A stretch of DNA of 50,457 nucleotides from assembly GCA_036149055.1 (NCBI GenBank), contig JAYZQJ010000158.1:1-50457 (forward strand), given 5' to 3'. Under the pieces are notes generated by a model, which saw nothing but the letters and a program-made list of their open reading frames with translations, was not told the origin of the DNA and searched no databases. The position numbers were made by a program, and so were the translations under genes. Shown one piece after another: positions 1 to 9,532 of the stretch. Position 1 is the stretch's first letter. Each line of letters begins with the position of its first letter. The DNA is from Myxococcota bacterium. Its GTDB lineage: Bacteria > Myxococcota_A > Polyangia > Polyangiales > Sandaracinaceae.

Positions 1-47
1 GCAGCGGGCGGCCAGCGAGCGCGAAGCGCGAGCGCGAGCCGCAGGGC

Positions 48-211
48 CCCCAGCGCCCCGTCGCTGGGGTCGGGGCCGAGCGGAGCGAGGCCACGGAGTG
101 GGTGGGGGGGCCCCGCGGAGGAGGCGCAGCGATGTTTGCGGAGGGCGAAGCCCGGAGCGAACATCGTTGTGCCGCCGCAGCGGGGGGGCGGGGGCGGACC
201 CGCCCCTGCCC
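48..211 (+). repeat. Cluster of hairpins (REP/MITE-like structured element) at the 3' end of the IgGFc gene
   Basis: Stems 48-55/62-69, 123-139/157-173 (enclosing GGGC-GAA-GCCC) and 186-197/200-211. The element may extend beyond the window edge. Confidence 0.5.
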
Positions 212-217
212 AGAAAC

Positions 218-2326
218 TCAGTCGATGATCTCGAGGTTCAGACCGCCGGCGTAGGCGTAGCTGACGAAGGCGTCGAAGCCGTACACGACCATGCCGACGT
301 CCTCGGTGGCGCGCAGCGTGTGGTAGCCGTCGTTCTGCAGGCCGTCCTCGACCCGGCCCATCGCCTCCGGGGGGATGTCGGGGAACGAGAGCTGGCAGCG
401 GTAGACGACCCAGTCCGGCGGCGGGTCGCCGTCGCGGCGCACGATGCCGTCGGCCGGGGCCTCGTCGCACTCGAACTCCGCGAGCGGCGTCTCGTCGAGC
501 AGGATCTCCGCGCCGCGGGGCGCGACCACGGTGAGGAAGTCGAAGCCGTAGAGGCCCGGGGTCAGGAACACGTACTCGTTCCGGTACTGCTCGACCGGCG
601 GCACGGCGATGATCGCCGGGTCGCCGCCCGGGTACTCGCTCGGGATGCCGACCGCCTCCTGGCTCGCGAGCACCTGGAGCACCGCCACCGCCTGCGAGGT
701 GTTGATCTCCACGTCCTGGTTCGCGATCAGGATGACGCTCTGCCCCTGCTCGAGCGGGAAACGATCGTCCGGCGGCGGCAGGGTCGTCTCGACCATGGTG
801 GTGCCGGTCGCGACGGCGACCAGGCGCACGTACTCGGGCTCGTTGAACTCGCCGACGCTGTCCTGCGTCGGGTCGAGGAACGCGCGGTTGAGCGCGCTGC
901 TCCGCGGCGGCATGCGGCCGATGAAGAAGCGGCGCCCGAGCGTGTCGCGCGGGAAGAGCTGCTCCTCGAGGTGGTCGGCGCAGCACTGGCGGTTGGCCAG
1001 GATGTTGAACCGCGGCGCGTCGGAGGCCTCCGAGCCGATGAACACCGCCACCGGCTGATCCGCCTCGACGGTCGTGCCGGTGAAGTCGGCGTTGAAGCCG
1101 CTCGTCTCGAGGTTGATCACGTCGAAGGGCCCGACGTCGAACTCCCAGACGGTGCCCTCGATGCCGCGCTCGCCCTCCCCGCCCACCGGGATCACCGAGC
1201 GGACCGAGGGCCCGAGGGTGACGGTGACGTGGGTGCTCGCGCGCGAGCCGACGATGGTGAGGAACGCCCGGAGGTCCTCGTCGTCGCGGCTCGGGTCGAA
1301 GTCCTCGTTGGGGTTGGTGCTGTGCGCGATGGTCTGCGGCCAGCCGACCACCGTGTAGGTGCGGCCGATCGCCGACGTCGGGAGCAGCAGCGACGCGTCG
1401 TTCGAGAACACGCCGACGTTGTCGAGCGGGTTGAACTGGTAGGCGATGATCGGGAGCACCGAGGTGACGCGGTACGCGTTCGAGGTCAGCGCGGAGTGGG
1501 TCCCGTCGTTGAGCCCGTTGGTCATCGGCGCGTTGCGGCAGCGGCAGTCACGGTCGCCGCCCTCCTCCGCGCTCGTCCCGCCGGCGCACCAGCAGGTCTC
1601 CGCGCCGCCGCACTCGCTGCTCGCGCTGCACGGGATGAAGCTGCTCGAGCCGTCCACCTCGCGGCGCGGGAGGTTCAGGACCTCCAGGTCGCCCGGCAGC
1701 ACCGTCACGCGCTCGACCTCGGTGAGCGAGGGCTCGGCGCCCACCGGGGCGTCGTTCCGCTCCACCACCACCTCGGTGGGGAAGCCGCTCGGGTTCGAGA
1801 CGACGATGGAGTACTGCTGGCCGCTCGCGTCGAGGCCGCGCTCGATGGCCGCGTTGTCGAGGTCGACGCCGTAGAACTCGCAGCCCTGGTAGCTGCGATC
1901 CTCGACGGCGAGCTCGCAGAGGTTCCGGCAGCGCCCGAGGTCGCAGACGAAGCCCTCCTCGAGGTCGCACTCCTCCATCACCTCATACGCGCTGCCGTCC
2001 CCGTTGCAGACCACCACGTCGTTGCCGGCGCAGAAGATCTCCTCGGGGCGGCAGACCACGCAGCCGAGCGAGGGCACGCAGGTGTTGCGGTCGTCCGTGC
2101 GCGCGGCGCAGTCGTCCCGCACCGTGCTCAGGAACTCGCCGTCCCGGTTGCAGCTGAAGTGGACGTTGCCGATGCAGGCCACCGCGTCCGGCGTGACGCA
2201 GACGAAGCCACCGTCCTGGATGGGAGAGATCGAGCCGTCACCGGCCCCGGCGTCCTCGCCGCCCATACCGGTCGTGCACGCCGTCGCGGCGAGCGCGGCG
2301 GCGATCCAAAGCCAAGAAGATCGCAA
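218..2326 (-). CDS. Cys-rich lipoprotein with IgGFc-binding N-terminal-type domain
   Basis: Lipobox LAATA-C and Cys-rich N-terminus. Motifs GCEFYGVDLDN, AYQFNPL..FSNDASLLLP, DHLEEQL, GDPAIIAVPPVEQY..YVF and YGFD..VSYAYAGG are typical of this family. TTG start. Confidence 0.8.
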   Translation of the reverse strand: MRSSWLWIAAALAATACTTGMGGEDAGAGDGSISPIQDGGFVCVTPDAVACIGNVHFSCNRDGEFLSTVRDDCAARTDDRNTCVPSLGCVVCRPEEIFCAGNDVVVCNGDGSAYEVMEECDLEEGFVCDLGRCRNLCELAVEDRSYQGCEFYGVDLDNAAIERGLDASGQQYSIVVSNPSGFPTEVVVERNDAPVGAEPSLTEVERVTVLPGDLEVLNLPRREVDGSSSFIPCSASSECGGAETCWCAGGTSAEEGGDRDCRCRNAPMTNGLNDGTHSALTSNAYRVTSVLPIIAYQFNPLDNVGVFSNDASLLLPTSAIGRTYTVVGWPQTIAHSTNPNEDFDPSRDDEDLRAFLTIVGSRASTHVTVTLGPSVRSVIPVGGEGERGIEGTVWEFDVGPFDVINLETSGFNADFTGTTVEADQPVAVFIGSEASDAPRFNILANRQCCADHLEEQLFPRDTLGRRFFIGRMPPRSSALNRAFLDPTQDSVGEFNEPEYVRLVAVATGTTMVETTLPPPDDRFPLEQGQSVILIANQDVEINTSQAVAVLQVLASQEAVGIPSEYPGGDPAIIAVPPVEQYRNEYVFLTPGLYGFDFLTVVAPRGAEILLDETPLAEFECDEAPADGIVRRDGDPPPDWVVYRCQLSFPDIPPEAMGRVEDGLQNDGYHTLRATEDVGMVVYGFDAFVSYAYAGGLNLEIID

Positions 2327-2355
2327 GTGAGTCTCCCAATGGAGTGGGGCGCGCG

Positions 2356-4455
2356 TCAGCGCTGCGCCGTGAAGAAGTCGACCGCCCAGCGGCTCCAGTA
2401 CCGGTCCGAGAGGTATTCGTAGCGGAACTCGTCGAAGTCGAAGCCGGGGATCGAGACCGCGAACACACCCCAGGTCAGGAAGCCGGAGGGGATGTCGCTG
2501 ATCTCGGGGATGGTGGAGAGGTCCGGGATCGGCGCCTCGCGGACGTTGCCCGGGAGGAACATGCGCCAGGCCGGGTTCCCGTCCGCGCCGACCATCAGCA
2601 CGATGTGCAGGTCGGGATCGGGGCCGTCGGCGCTCCAGCGCACCACGCGGTCGGCCGGCAGGCGCTCGCCCGTCGCCGGCATGGTGGCCTGCGGGATGCC
2701 GAGGAAGTTCCCCATCGTCAGGGTGTTGTCGATCGAGGTCACGCCCTCTTCCACCACCACCGAGTACGGCTGGCTGTCGAAGTCGCCGGTGAACCAGCCG
2801 GCCTCCACCCGGAAGCGGCCGTCGGCGAGCGCGCCCTCGAGGCTGGGCTGAGCGACGAAGCGGAAGGCGCGGCCGGCGTCTCGGCGCCGGAGCACGTCGA
2901 CCTCCTCCGCGTTGACGATGCGGTTGATGACGCCCTCACCGCCCAGGTCGATGTTCGCCTGCATGCGGAAGCGGTCCGGGCCGCGCGGGGTCTCCATCGG
3001 GAGGCCGGTCAGCTCCACCTCGAGGTAGTGATCGAGGGGGATGTTCATCAGGATGTCGACGCCGGTGATCGTCTGGCCGGGGCCGGCGAGCACGTTGCGC
3101 GCGACGCCCATCACGTAGGGGATGAAGCGCCCGGTCGACGTCTCCTCGAGGCCGGCGAGCGCGTAGACCGCGAGGCCGGCGGGGCGCGCGAAGATCGAGT
3201 ACGGGTAGCCGAAGCGGCCGAGCGGGCTCTCGAGCACGCGCTGGGTGCTGCCGCCGGCCGCCGGGTCGGGGTTGTTGATGCCGAGCGCGCGCTCGGTCGT
3301 GTAGACGTAGGCGACCTTCACCCAGCCCTCGCGCGGCTCGGGCACGTTGAGCCAGGGGTTCGGCCCCATCTCGTTCGGGCCGAGGAAGACGAGCTCGCCC
3401 TCGATGAACGCGCCGTTCCGGCCGCGCCCGGGGGGCGGGGGCTCGCCGCCCATGCCGCACATCGGGTCCATCCACGGCACGAGGAAGACGGTCACGTCGC
3501 GCGCGTCGAAGGCGACCACGGAGGTCTTCTCGTAGCAGTGCTTGGCCACGTGCACGGTGGCCGGGGGCAGGATGTCGGGGCCGGAGAAGGTGATCTGCCC
3601 GAGGCTGTCGGTGAGCCCCTGGTGCTCGGTGCCGAGGTCCTCGCCGACGATGGCGAACGCGTCCGGCACCGGCGCGCCGGTCGTCGCGTCGACCACGGTG
3701 ACGTTGATCGCGCCCTCGATCGGCCCGCCGCCGAGCCCGCCGGAGCGGGGGTCGGAGCTGTCGTAGTAGCTGTAGGCGTCCTGCCCGATCGTCTCGGAGC
3801 CGTCCTCGGCGTCGGTCACGGTGACGTCGACCGTGCCGGCCGCCATCGGGGGCGTGCGGCAGGTGATGACGGTGGGCGAGACGACGTCGACGTCCTCGCA
3901 GGGGGTGCGCCCGAAGGTGACCTCGTCGCCGGCCTCGAAGCGGGTGCCGCTGCCGGTGATGGTCACGAAGGTGCCGCCGGCGACCGCGCCGGAGCTCGGC
4001 TCGACGTAGATCGCGTCGTAGGTGTAGCCGCCCTCGAGCACCGCGGTCTCGCCCGCGACCTCGATCTCGACGTCGACGGTGCCGACCTCACCCGCGGGCA
4101 CGACGACCGCGAGGCGGCGCGCGTCGATCAGGCGGTGGTCGGCCGGCTGGACGTCGCGGCCGCCGAAGCGCGCCTGCGACAGCTCGTCGAAGCCGTTGCC
4201 GCGGAGAATGACCGTGTTGCCGCCGATGAACGGCCCGTGGTCGGGCACGACGCGATCCAGGGACAGATCGGTCTGCCCGATGCCGCCGCCGTCGTCGAAG
4301 GTCGGGCGCGCGTCGGGCGGAGGCCCGGCGTCCGGGAGGGTGATCCCGCCCTCGCCGTCGATGCGCGGGGGATCCCCGCAGCCCCCCAGCGCCAGCGCGA
4401 CCCCCAGGGCGAGCGCCACCCGGGTCTGAAGACGAGTCATCCAAGCATGCGACAT
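2356..4455 (-). CDS. IPT/TIG domain-containing lipoprotein
   Basis: ATG 4455 has a GGGAG RBS. Lipobox LGG-C. Two IPT/TIG repeats (VVPDHGPFIGGNTVILRGNGF; VEPSSGAVAGGTFVTITGSG) followed by a carboxypeptidase-regulatory-like beta-sandwich (VVDATTGAPVPDAF). Confidence 0.8.
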   Translation of the reverse strand: MSHAWMTRLQTRVALALGVALALGGCGDPPRIDGEGGITLPDAGPPPDARPTFDDGGGIGQTDLSLDRVVPDHGPFIGGNTVILRGNGFDELSQARFGGRDVQPADHRLIDARRLAVVVPAGEVGTVDVEIEVAGETAVLEGGYTYDAIYVEPSSGAVAGGTFVTITGSGTRFEAGDEVTFGRTPCEDVDVVSPTVITCRTPPMAAGTVDVTVTDAEDGSETIGQDAYSYYDSSDPRSGGLGGGPIEGAINVTVVDATTGAPVPDAFAIVGEDLGTEHQGLTDSLGQITFSGPDILPPATVHVAKHCYEKTSVVAFDARDVTVFLVPWMDPMCGMGGEPPPPGRGRNGAFIEGELVFLGPNEMGPNPWLNVPEPREGWVKVAYVYTTERALGINNPDPAAGGSTQRVLESPLGRFGYPYSIFARPAGLAVYALAGLEETSTGRFIPYVMGVARNVLAGPGQTITGVDILMNIPLDHYLEVELTGLPMETPRGPDRFRMQANIDLGGEGVINRIVNAEEVDVLRRRDAGRAFRFVAQPSLEGALADGRFRVEAGWFTGDFDSQPYSVVVEEGVTSIDNTLTMGNFLGIPQATMPATGERLPADRVVRWSADGPDPDLHIVLMVGADGNPAWRMFLPGNVREAPIPDLSTIPEISDIPSGFLTWGVFAVSIPGFDFDEFRYEYLSDRYWSRWAVDFFTAQR

Positions 4456-4628
4456 CGGAGCGATCTCCCTGCGTCGACTCGACGGTGTCGGATCGACGCG
4501 GACGGGCGGAGCCCATCCATGAGCCTTGCGATACGAATTGTGTGCGGGCCTCTCGGTCCCGTTGCACGGCGCGTCGCGGCCCCCCGCACGTCTCCGCACG
4601 GCCTGACGGCCGGGGGAGCCACCCGGCC

Positions 4629-4656
4629 AGTATCGGGGCAAACCGAAACGAGTCAA
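4629..4656 (-). promoter_or_regulatory. Candidate sigma70-type promoter for the IPT/IgGFc lipoprotein genes
   Basis: Minus strand TTGACT-N16-GATACT in the divergent intergenic region. Confidence 0.35.
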
Positions 4657-4742
4657 GCCAGGCCTTAACTCCCTGTGGGCGTCTCGGATGACGAAGGATG
4701 CTCGCCCTTCGGGTCGGCCGCGTTACCCTTCGCGCTCGAAGC

Positions 4743-5846
4743 ATGAAGCTCACTCGACTCGTGCTCAGCGATCTGCACCTCGGGGTCGGCAGCCGACCCG
4801 GAGAGCTCAACGTCTTCGAGGACTTCCACTTCGACGACGACTTCGCCGAGCTGCTCGCGCACTACGACCGCGAGGCCGGAGAGGACGGCGAGGTCGAGCT
4901 GATCCTCAACGGGGACGTCTTCGACCTGCTCAAGGTGAAGATCGGAGGCATCTGGCCGACCGAGATCACCGACGACATCGCGACCGAGAAGGTGCGGCAG
5001 TGCCTCGACGGCCACCCGCGGTTCGTCAACGGGCTCAAGCGCTTCCTCTCCAAGGAGCGGCGGCGCCTGGTCTTCCTGCCGGGCAACCACGACCTCGACA
5101 TGTGGTTCCCGGGCCCGCAGGAGCTGTTCAAGCGCTACGTCGCCCCCGGCCCCGCCGCCGATCGGGTGCACTTCGTCACCTCGAGCGACACCTACTACCT
5201 GCCCGAAGGCATCCAGATCCGGCACGGGCATCAGCTCGAGCGCATCCACCGCGTCGACTACGCCAACATGACCAAGAAGCGCCGCGACGGGACCGAGATC
5301 CTCGATCTCCCGTGGGGCAGCCTCTGGATCCTGGAGGTCATGAACCCGGCCAAGGCGATGCGGAGCTACGTCGATCGCATCCAGCCGCTCGGGCGCTTCC
5401 TGGTGGCGGCGCTCCTCTTCGACACCCGGTTCGTGGCGCGCTTCATGTACCACACGAGCGTCTACTGGCTGCGCCGGCGGGTCTTCAACCTCGAGGCGTG
5501 GCGGGAGCGCATCCGCTGGCTGCCCAAGGCGCTGCGCGAGGAGATCATCGCGCTCGGCGGCTTCGACGAGGCGGCGGTGCGCGCCCTCAAGAAGATGCGC
5601 GGCGTCCAGTACCTCATCGTGGGTCACAGCCACGGTCCGCGCTTCCAGCAGCTGCCGGACGGGAAGATCCTGGTCAACACCGGGACGTGGATGCGCATGA
5701 TCAACCTCGACATCCGGCACCTCGGCCAGGACAGCGGGCTGACCTACTGCCGGATCGAGTACAGCGAGGACGGGCGACCGACCGTGAACCTCATGCGGTG
5801 GCTCGGAAGCCGGCGCCCTTACCAGGTCATTCCGTACGCCGATTGA
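4743..5846 (+). CDS. Calcineurin-like metallophosphoesterase
   Basis: Ordered motifs SDLHLG, NGDVFD, GNHD, HGH and GHSH; ATG 4743. Confidence 0.85.
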   Translation: MKLTRLVLSDLHLGVGSRPGELNVFEDFHFDDDFAELLAHYDREAGEDGEVELILNGDVFDLLKVKIGGIWPTEITDDIATEKVRQCLDGHPRFVNGLKRFLSKERRRLVFLPGNHDLDMWFPGPQELFKRYVAPGPAADRVHFVTSSDTYYLPEGIQIRHGHQLERIHRVDYANMTKKRRDGTEILDLPWGSLWILEVMNPAKAMRSYVDRIQPLGRFLVAALLFDTRFVARFMYHTSVYWLRRRVFNLEAWRERIRWLPKALREEIIALGGFDEAAVRALKKMRGVQYLIVGHSHGPRFQQLPDGKILVNTGTWMRMINLDIRHLGQDSGLTYCRIEYSEDGRPTVNLMRWLGSRRPYQVIPYAD

Positions 5847-5884
5847 CGGAATGCGAAGCCGACTCATCCTGGTTGGCGAGACGG

Positions 5885-6451
5885 ATGCGGGGAGTCACGT
5901 TCGCGATCTGGCTGGCGCTGGTGGGGACCGCGTACGCGGAGCCCGACGAGGCCAGCGACGAGACCGCCGAGGCGCCGGAGGCGCCGGCGGAGACCGCCGA
6001 TGAGCGCGCCGCGCGTCAGCTGGCCGCGCGCCGCGCCGCCGGGGGTCACGAAGGGATCTGGGCGATCTCGGCCCGCATCGCCCGCGAGGCCGACGAGGCC
6101 GCCCGCGCGATGTCGGTGCCGCTGCCCGAGGTCACCACGTGGTACCGGCCCCCCGGCCACTGTGACGGCTGCAGCCAGGCCCACGCCCAGGGAGGGATCA
6201 GCCTCTCGCTCGAGGGGGTGGATCGCGAGGCCAAGCTCGCCTTCGCCCGGGAGCTCAGCCGCCGCCTCGGGCGCCACCACCGGGTCTCGGTGATCGAGGT
6301 GGACGGCCCGCGCGAGCTCCACACGGCGTTCCGCTCGGGGCGCCCCGACGGGCGGCCGTTCCACCTCCGCCGGATCGCGCGCGAGGACGAGATCCTGGTC
6401 CGCCCGGACCCGGCCCTCCCCCCGCCGGCGGCGCTGGTGTTCGGGGACTGA
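5885..6451 (+). CDS. Hypothetical secreted protein
   Basis: 3' part of ORF 4688..6451. Signal peptide MRGVTFAIWLALVGTAYA and a CxxC (HCDGC); fills the gap between real genes. Confidence 0.6.
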   Translation: MRGVTFAIWLALVGTAYAEPDEASDETAEAPEAPAETADERAARQLAARRAAGGHEGIWAISARIAREADEAARAMSVPLPEVTTWYRPPGHCDGCSQAHAQGGISLSLEGVDREAKLAFARELSRRLGRHHRVSVIEVDGPRELHTAFRSGRPDGRPFHLRRIAREDEILVRPDPALPPPAALVFGD

Positions 6452-6472
6452 CGCAGACCGAGACACTCCGGC

Positions 6473-7660
6473 TTGAGCTACGGCCCGACCCATGCCAGGG
6501 TGCGGTCCCCCGTCGCCCCAACCCCACGGGCAGTCGTGCCGTTGCGCCAGCTTCCATCCACCCACACGGCCCTCACCGGCAGTGCGTCGTTTGCACCTCC
6601 GCACGTCGTGACGAACGAGCAGCTGTGTGCCGCCTACAACACCTGGGCTCGCGCCGAGAACGCGCGGCGGGAGGGCACGGACCTCCCTCCGCTCGACGAG
6701 TCGACGCCCGAGTTCATCGATCGAGCGTCCGGCATCCTCCGGCGTCACTACTGGGACGCCGAGGGCATCCTCGATCCCAACCGGCTCTGCCCGCGCATCC
6801 CGGATCGCGCGGACGACGCTCTCTCGGTCCAGGCTGAGATGGCGGTGCGCGCGGCCCGCGGCGCGCTCGAGTCGGCCGGCCGCGCGGCCGACGAGATCGA
6901 CCTCGTCATCGTCGGCTCGTCCGCGCTCCAGCGCCCCTACCCCGCCCTCGCGATCGAGGTGCAGGCGGAGCTCGGCGCGAGCGGGCACGCGTTCGACATC
7001 TCGGTCGGCTGCAGCTCCGGCACCTACGGCGTCCAGCTCGCGGTCGACGCGGTCCGCGGCGGCACCGCGCGCCGGGCCCTCGTGTGCACGCCCGAGCTCC
7101 CGAGCGCCTACTGCAACTTCCGCGACCGCGACAGCCACTTCATCCTCGGCGACGCGTCGGCGGCGGTGGTGATCGAGCCGCTCGAGGACGCGAAGGGCGG
7201 CTTCGAGATCCTCGCGAGCCGCGCGGTCTCCCAGATGAGCAGCGCGGTCCGGAACAACGGCGGCTTCCTCAACCGCGGCGACGAGGCGCGGCGCGACGAC
7301 GCGGACAAGCTGTTCTACCAGCAGGGCCGCCGCGTCTTCCGCGACATCGTGCACCTCGTCCCGACCCTGGTGCGCACCCAGCTCGACGCCCTCGGGCTCG
7401 CGCCGACCGACATCGCGCGGTACTGGCTGCACCAGGCGAACGCGCGCATGAACACCGCGGTGCTCGAGCGGATCCTCGGCCAGTCCCCGACCGAAGGGCA
7501 GGCGCCGTCGGTCCTCTCGGAATACGCCAACACCGCCGCGGCCGGCTGCCTGATCGCGCTCGACGCCTACCGCGACGACCTCGAGCCCGGCGACCTCGGT
7601 GTGCTCTGCGCGTTCGGCGCCGGCTACACGGTCGGCTCTCAGATCCTGCGCAAGCTCTGA
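6473..7660 (+). CDS. fabH: Beta-ketoacyl-ACP synthase III (long FabH subtype)
   Basis: Catalytic Cys (VGCSSG), His (WLHQAN) and Asn (YANTAAAG); FRDRDSHFILGD; C-terminal FGAGYTVGS. True start may be GTG 6536. Confidence 0.9.
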   Translation: MSYGPTHARVRSPVAPTPRAVVPLRQLPSTHTALTGSASFAPPHVVTNEQLCAAYNTWARAENARREGTDLPPLDESTPEFIDRASGILRRHYWDAEGILDPNRLCPRIPDRADDALSVQAEMAVRAARGALESAGRAADEIDLVIVGSSALQRPYPALAIEVQAELGASGHAFDISVGCSSGTYGVQLAVDAVRGGTARRALVCTPELPSAYCNFRDRDSHFILGDASAAVVIEPLEDAKGGFEILASRAVSQMSSAVRNNGGFLNRGDEARRDDADKLFYQQGRRVFRDIVHLVPTLVRTQLDALGLAPTDIARYWLHQANARMNTAVLERILGQSPTEGQAPSVLSEYANTAAAGCLIALDAYRDDLEPGDLGVLCAFGAGYTVGSQILRKL

Positions 7661-7671
7661 GGGTGCCCCTT

Positions 7672-7695
7672 CGAAGCCCGCGCAGCCGGGCTTCG
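7672..7695 (+). terminator. Hairpin downstream of fabH
   Basis: CGAAGCCCG-N6-CGGGCTTCG perfect 9-bp stem; no U-tract. Confidence 0.4.
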
Positions 7696-7998
7696 TGCTC
7701 GCGCCCGCGCCCGCGCCCGCGCCCGCGCTCGTACTCGTGCTCGTACTCGTAGACGTGCACGTACACGTGCCCGTGCTCGAAGGACCTGCACGAGGACGTG
7801 CCACGAGGACGTGCACGTGCACGAGGACGTGCCACGAGGACGCGCACGAGGACGGGGAAGTGCACGAGGACGGGAACGTGCACGTGGACGTGGACGTGCA
7901 CGTACACGTGCCCGTTCTCGAAGGACCTGCACGAGGACGTGCACGAGGACGTGGACGAGGACGGGGACGTGCGCGAGGACGGGGATGTCACGTGCCCC
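7695..7998. repeat. Hexamer-phased (GnnnnC) palindromic repeat array
   Basis: Runs of GTGCAC/GAGGAC/GTACAC/GCGCCC. The 35 bp at 7746-7780 are identical to 20037-20071. Confidence 0.85.
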
Positions 7999-8070
7999 TG
8001 CCGGCAGCGGCCGGGGCTGGGTCGTGTCGGCGGATCCACGCGGGCGACCGGATCTGTCATGCTGGGGGCC

Positions 8071-9528
8071 ATGAGGCGCCTTCTCTTGCTCTTCTGCGTG
8101 GCGCTCGCCGCGGGCTGCGACGACGATCCGCCGGCGCCGCCGCCGCCCCCGCCGCCGGACACCGGGCCCCCGCGCGACACCGGCCCGCTCCCCGACACCG
8201 GGCCTCGGCCCGACGCGGGGCCGCGCCGACCGACGGTCGACGGGCTGGTGAGCGACCGGGAGTGGCGCGGGGCCGCCGAGGCGGAGAGCGAAGAGCCCAC
8301 CGATCGGAGCGGCTCCGAGCTGCGCCGGCTGCGCGCGACGATCCACGACGACCAGCTCTTCTTCGCGATCGAGGGCTCGATCGCCGAGGGCGACAGCCTG
8401 GTGCTCTTCGTGGACCGCGCGATGGGCGTGGACGAGGGCGTCGCCGACCTCGAGCGCCTCGACGACGAGCGCACCGCCCTCGCCGCGGCGCTGTCGCGGG
8501 AGGCCATCGCGACGCCGGCCGACTTCGCCGCCGACTTCGGCTGGGCGACCACCCTCTTCCCCCACGCGGCGGTCGGGCTCGACGACGCCCAGGGCTGGCG
8601 GGACCTCACCGAGGATCCCACCGACCTGGTGCCGATCGACAGCGAGACCGCGCCGTCGATCTGCGGGGCCGAGGCCTGCGAGGGCGCGATCCCGCTCGAG
8701 ACGCTCGGCGGCGCCGCGCCGAGGCGCATCGGCCTGTTCGCGCGCATCCTCCGCGCCGACACCGGGCTGGTGAACCAGACCCTGCCGATGGACGATCCCG
8801 ACGCGCCGGACGTCGTGACCCAGGTGCTGACGGTGGTCGACGGCGAGCCGCCGATGGACGGCGGCGTGGACATGGACGCGGGCCTCGACGCGGGGCCGCG
8901 CGGCGTCGTGGTCGACGGCGTGCTCTCGGCCGGCGAGTGGGACGCGGCGTCGCGCTACGCGGACACCGGCCCCGCGCCCTTCGGCTCCTTCGCCGGCAAC
9001 GACCTTCGCACCCTCTATGCGCTCCGCACGGCCGACCGGCTCTACGTGGCCATCGAGGGTGACCTCACCGCGGGCAACGCCTTCGTGATGTACGTGGACC
9101 GCGAGGTCGGCGGCGCGGAGGGCGCGACGAGCCCCACCCCCTTCGCCGACTTCTCGGGCGACCTCGACCGCGCGCTCTCGAAGACGCTCTTCCCGCCCGC
9201 CGAATTCAGGATCGACGTGGCCTGGGGCACCCTCGACCTGCGCCGCGCCGGGACGGCGACCGACGCTCGCATGGGCTGGCGCGAGGTGGGCACGAACCCG
9301 TCGGTCTTCGTGCCGATCGGCGGGGCGGGCGCGCCGACCGTCTGCTCGGCGAACGTGTGCGAGACGTCGATCGCGCTGACCGACCTCGGCACCCCGGCGG
9401 GCGGAGACATCGGGCTGTTCGTGCGGCTGGTCGCGGCGACCTCGGACGGCGTCTCCAACCAGACGCTGCCGACCGACGATCCCTCCGCGCCCGAGCTCAT
9501 CAGCCTCTGGGCGGTGCTCCCTCCCTGA
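8071..9528 (+). CDS. Lipoprotein with two tandem DOMON/CBM9-like domains
   Basis: Lipobox LAAG-C and Pro-rich linker. Two homologous halves (VDG..S..EW ... LY/FFAIEG ... C....CE..I ... IGLF.R ... NQTLP.DDP). Confidence 0.75.
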   Translation: MRRLLLLFCVALAAGCDDDPPAPPPPPPPDTGPPRDTGPLPDTGPRPDAGPRRPTVDGLVSDREWRGAAEAESEEPTDRSGSELRRLRATIHDDQLFFAIEGSIAEGDSLVLFVDRAMGVDEGVADLERLDDERTALAAALSREAIATPADFAADFGWATTLFPHAAVGLDDAQGWRDLTEDPTDLVPIDSETAPSICGAEACEGAIPLETLGGAAPRRIGLFARILRADTGLVNQTLPMDDPDAPDVVTQVLTVVDGEPPMDGGVDMDAGLDAGPRGVVVDGVLSAGEWDAASRYADTGPAPFGSFAGNDLRTLYALRTADRLYVAIEGDLTAGNAFVMYVDREVGGAEGATSPTPFADFSGDLDRALSKTLFPPAEFRIDVAWGTLDLRRAGTATDARMGWREVGTNPSVFVPIGGAGAPTVCSANVCETSIALTDLGTPAGGDIGLFVRLVAATSDGVSNQTLPTDDPSAPELISLWAVLPP

Positions 9529-9532
9529 GCGA

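Noticed and set aside
98..4668. Two 774-aa plus-strand ORFs (98..2422 and 2344..4668)
   Set aside because: Antisense shadows of the lipoprotein genes. Stop codons are scarce at this GC content and the translations have no motifs. The equal length is treated as coincidence.
4636..4670. GGGCAAACC-GAAA resemblance to a c-di-GMP-I riboswitch
   Set aside because: No stem encloses the GAAA and the downstream ACGCAAAG element is absent. It is better explained as a minus-strand promoter.
7599..8074. ORFs with HVHVHV, TCTCT or RARAR tracts (also 19177-20239)
   Set aside because: Translations of hexamer DNA repeats that are open in many frames; no RBS or domain.
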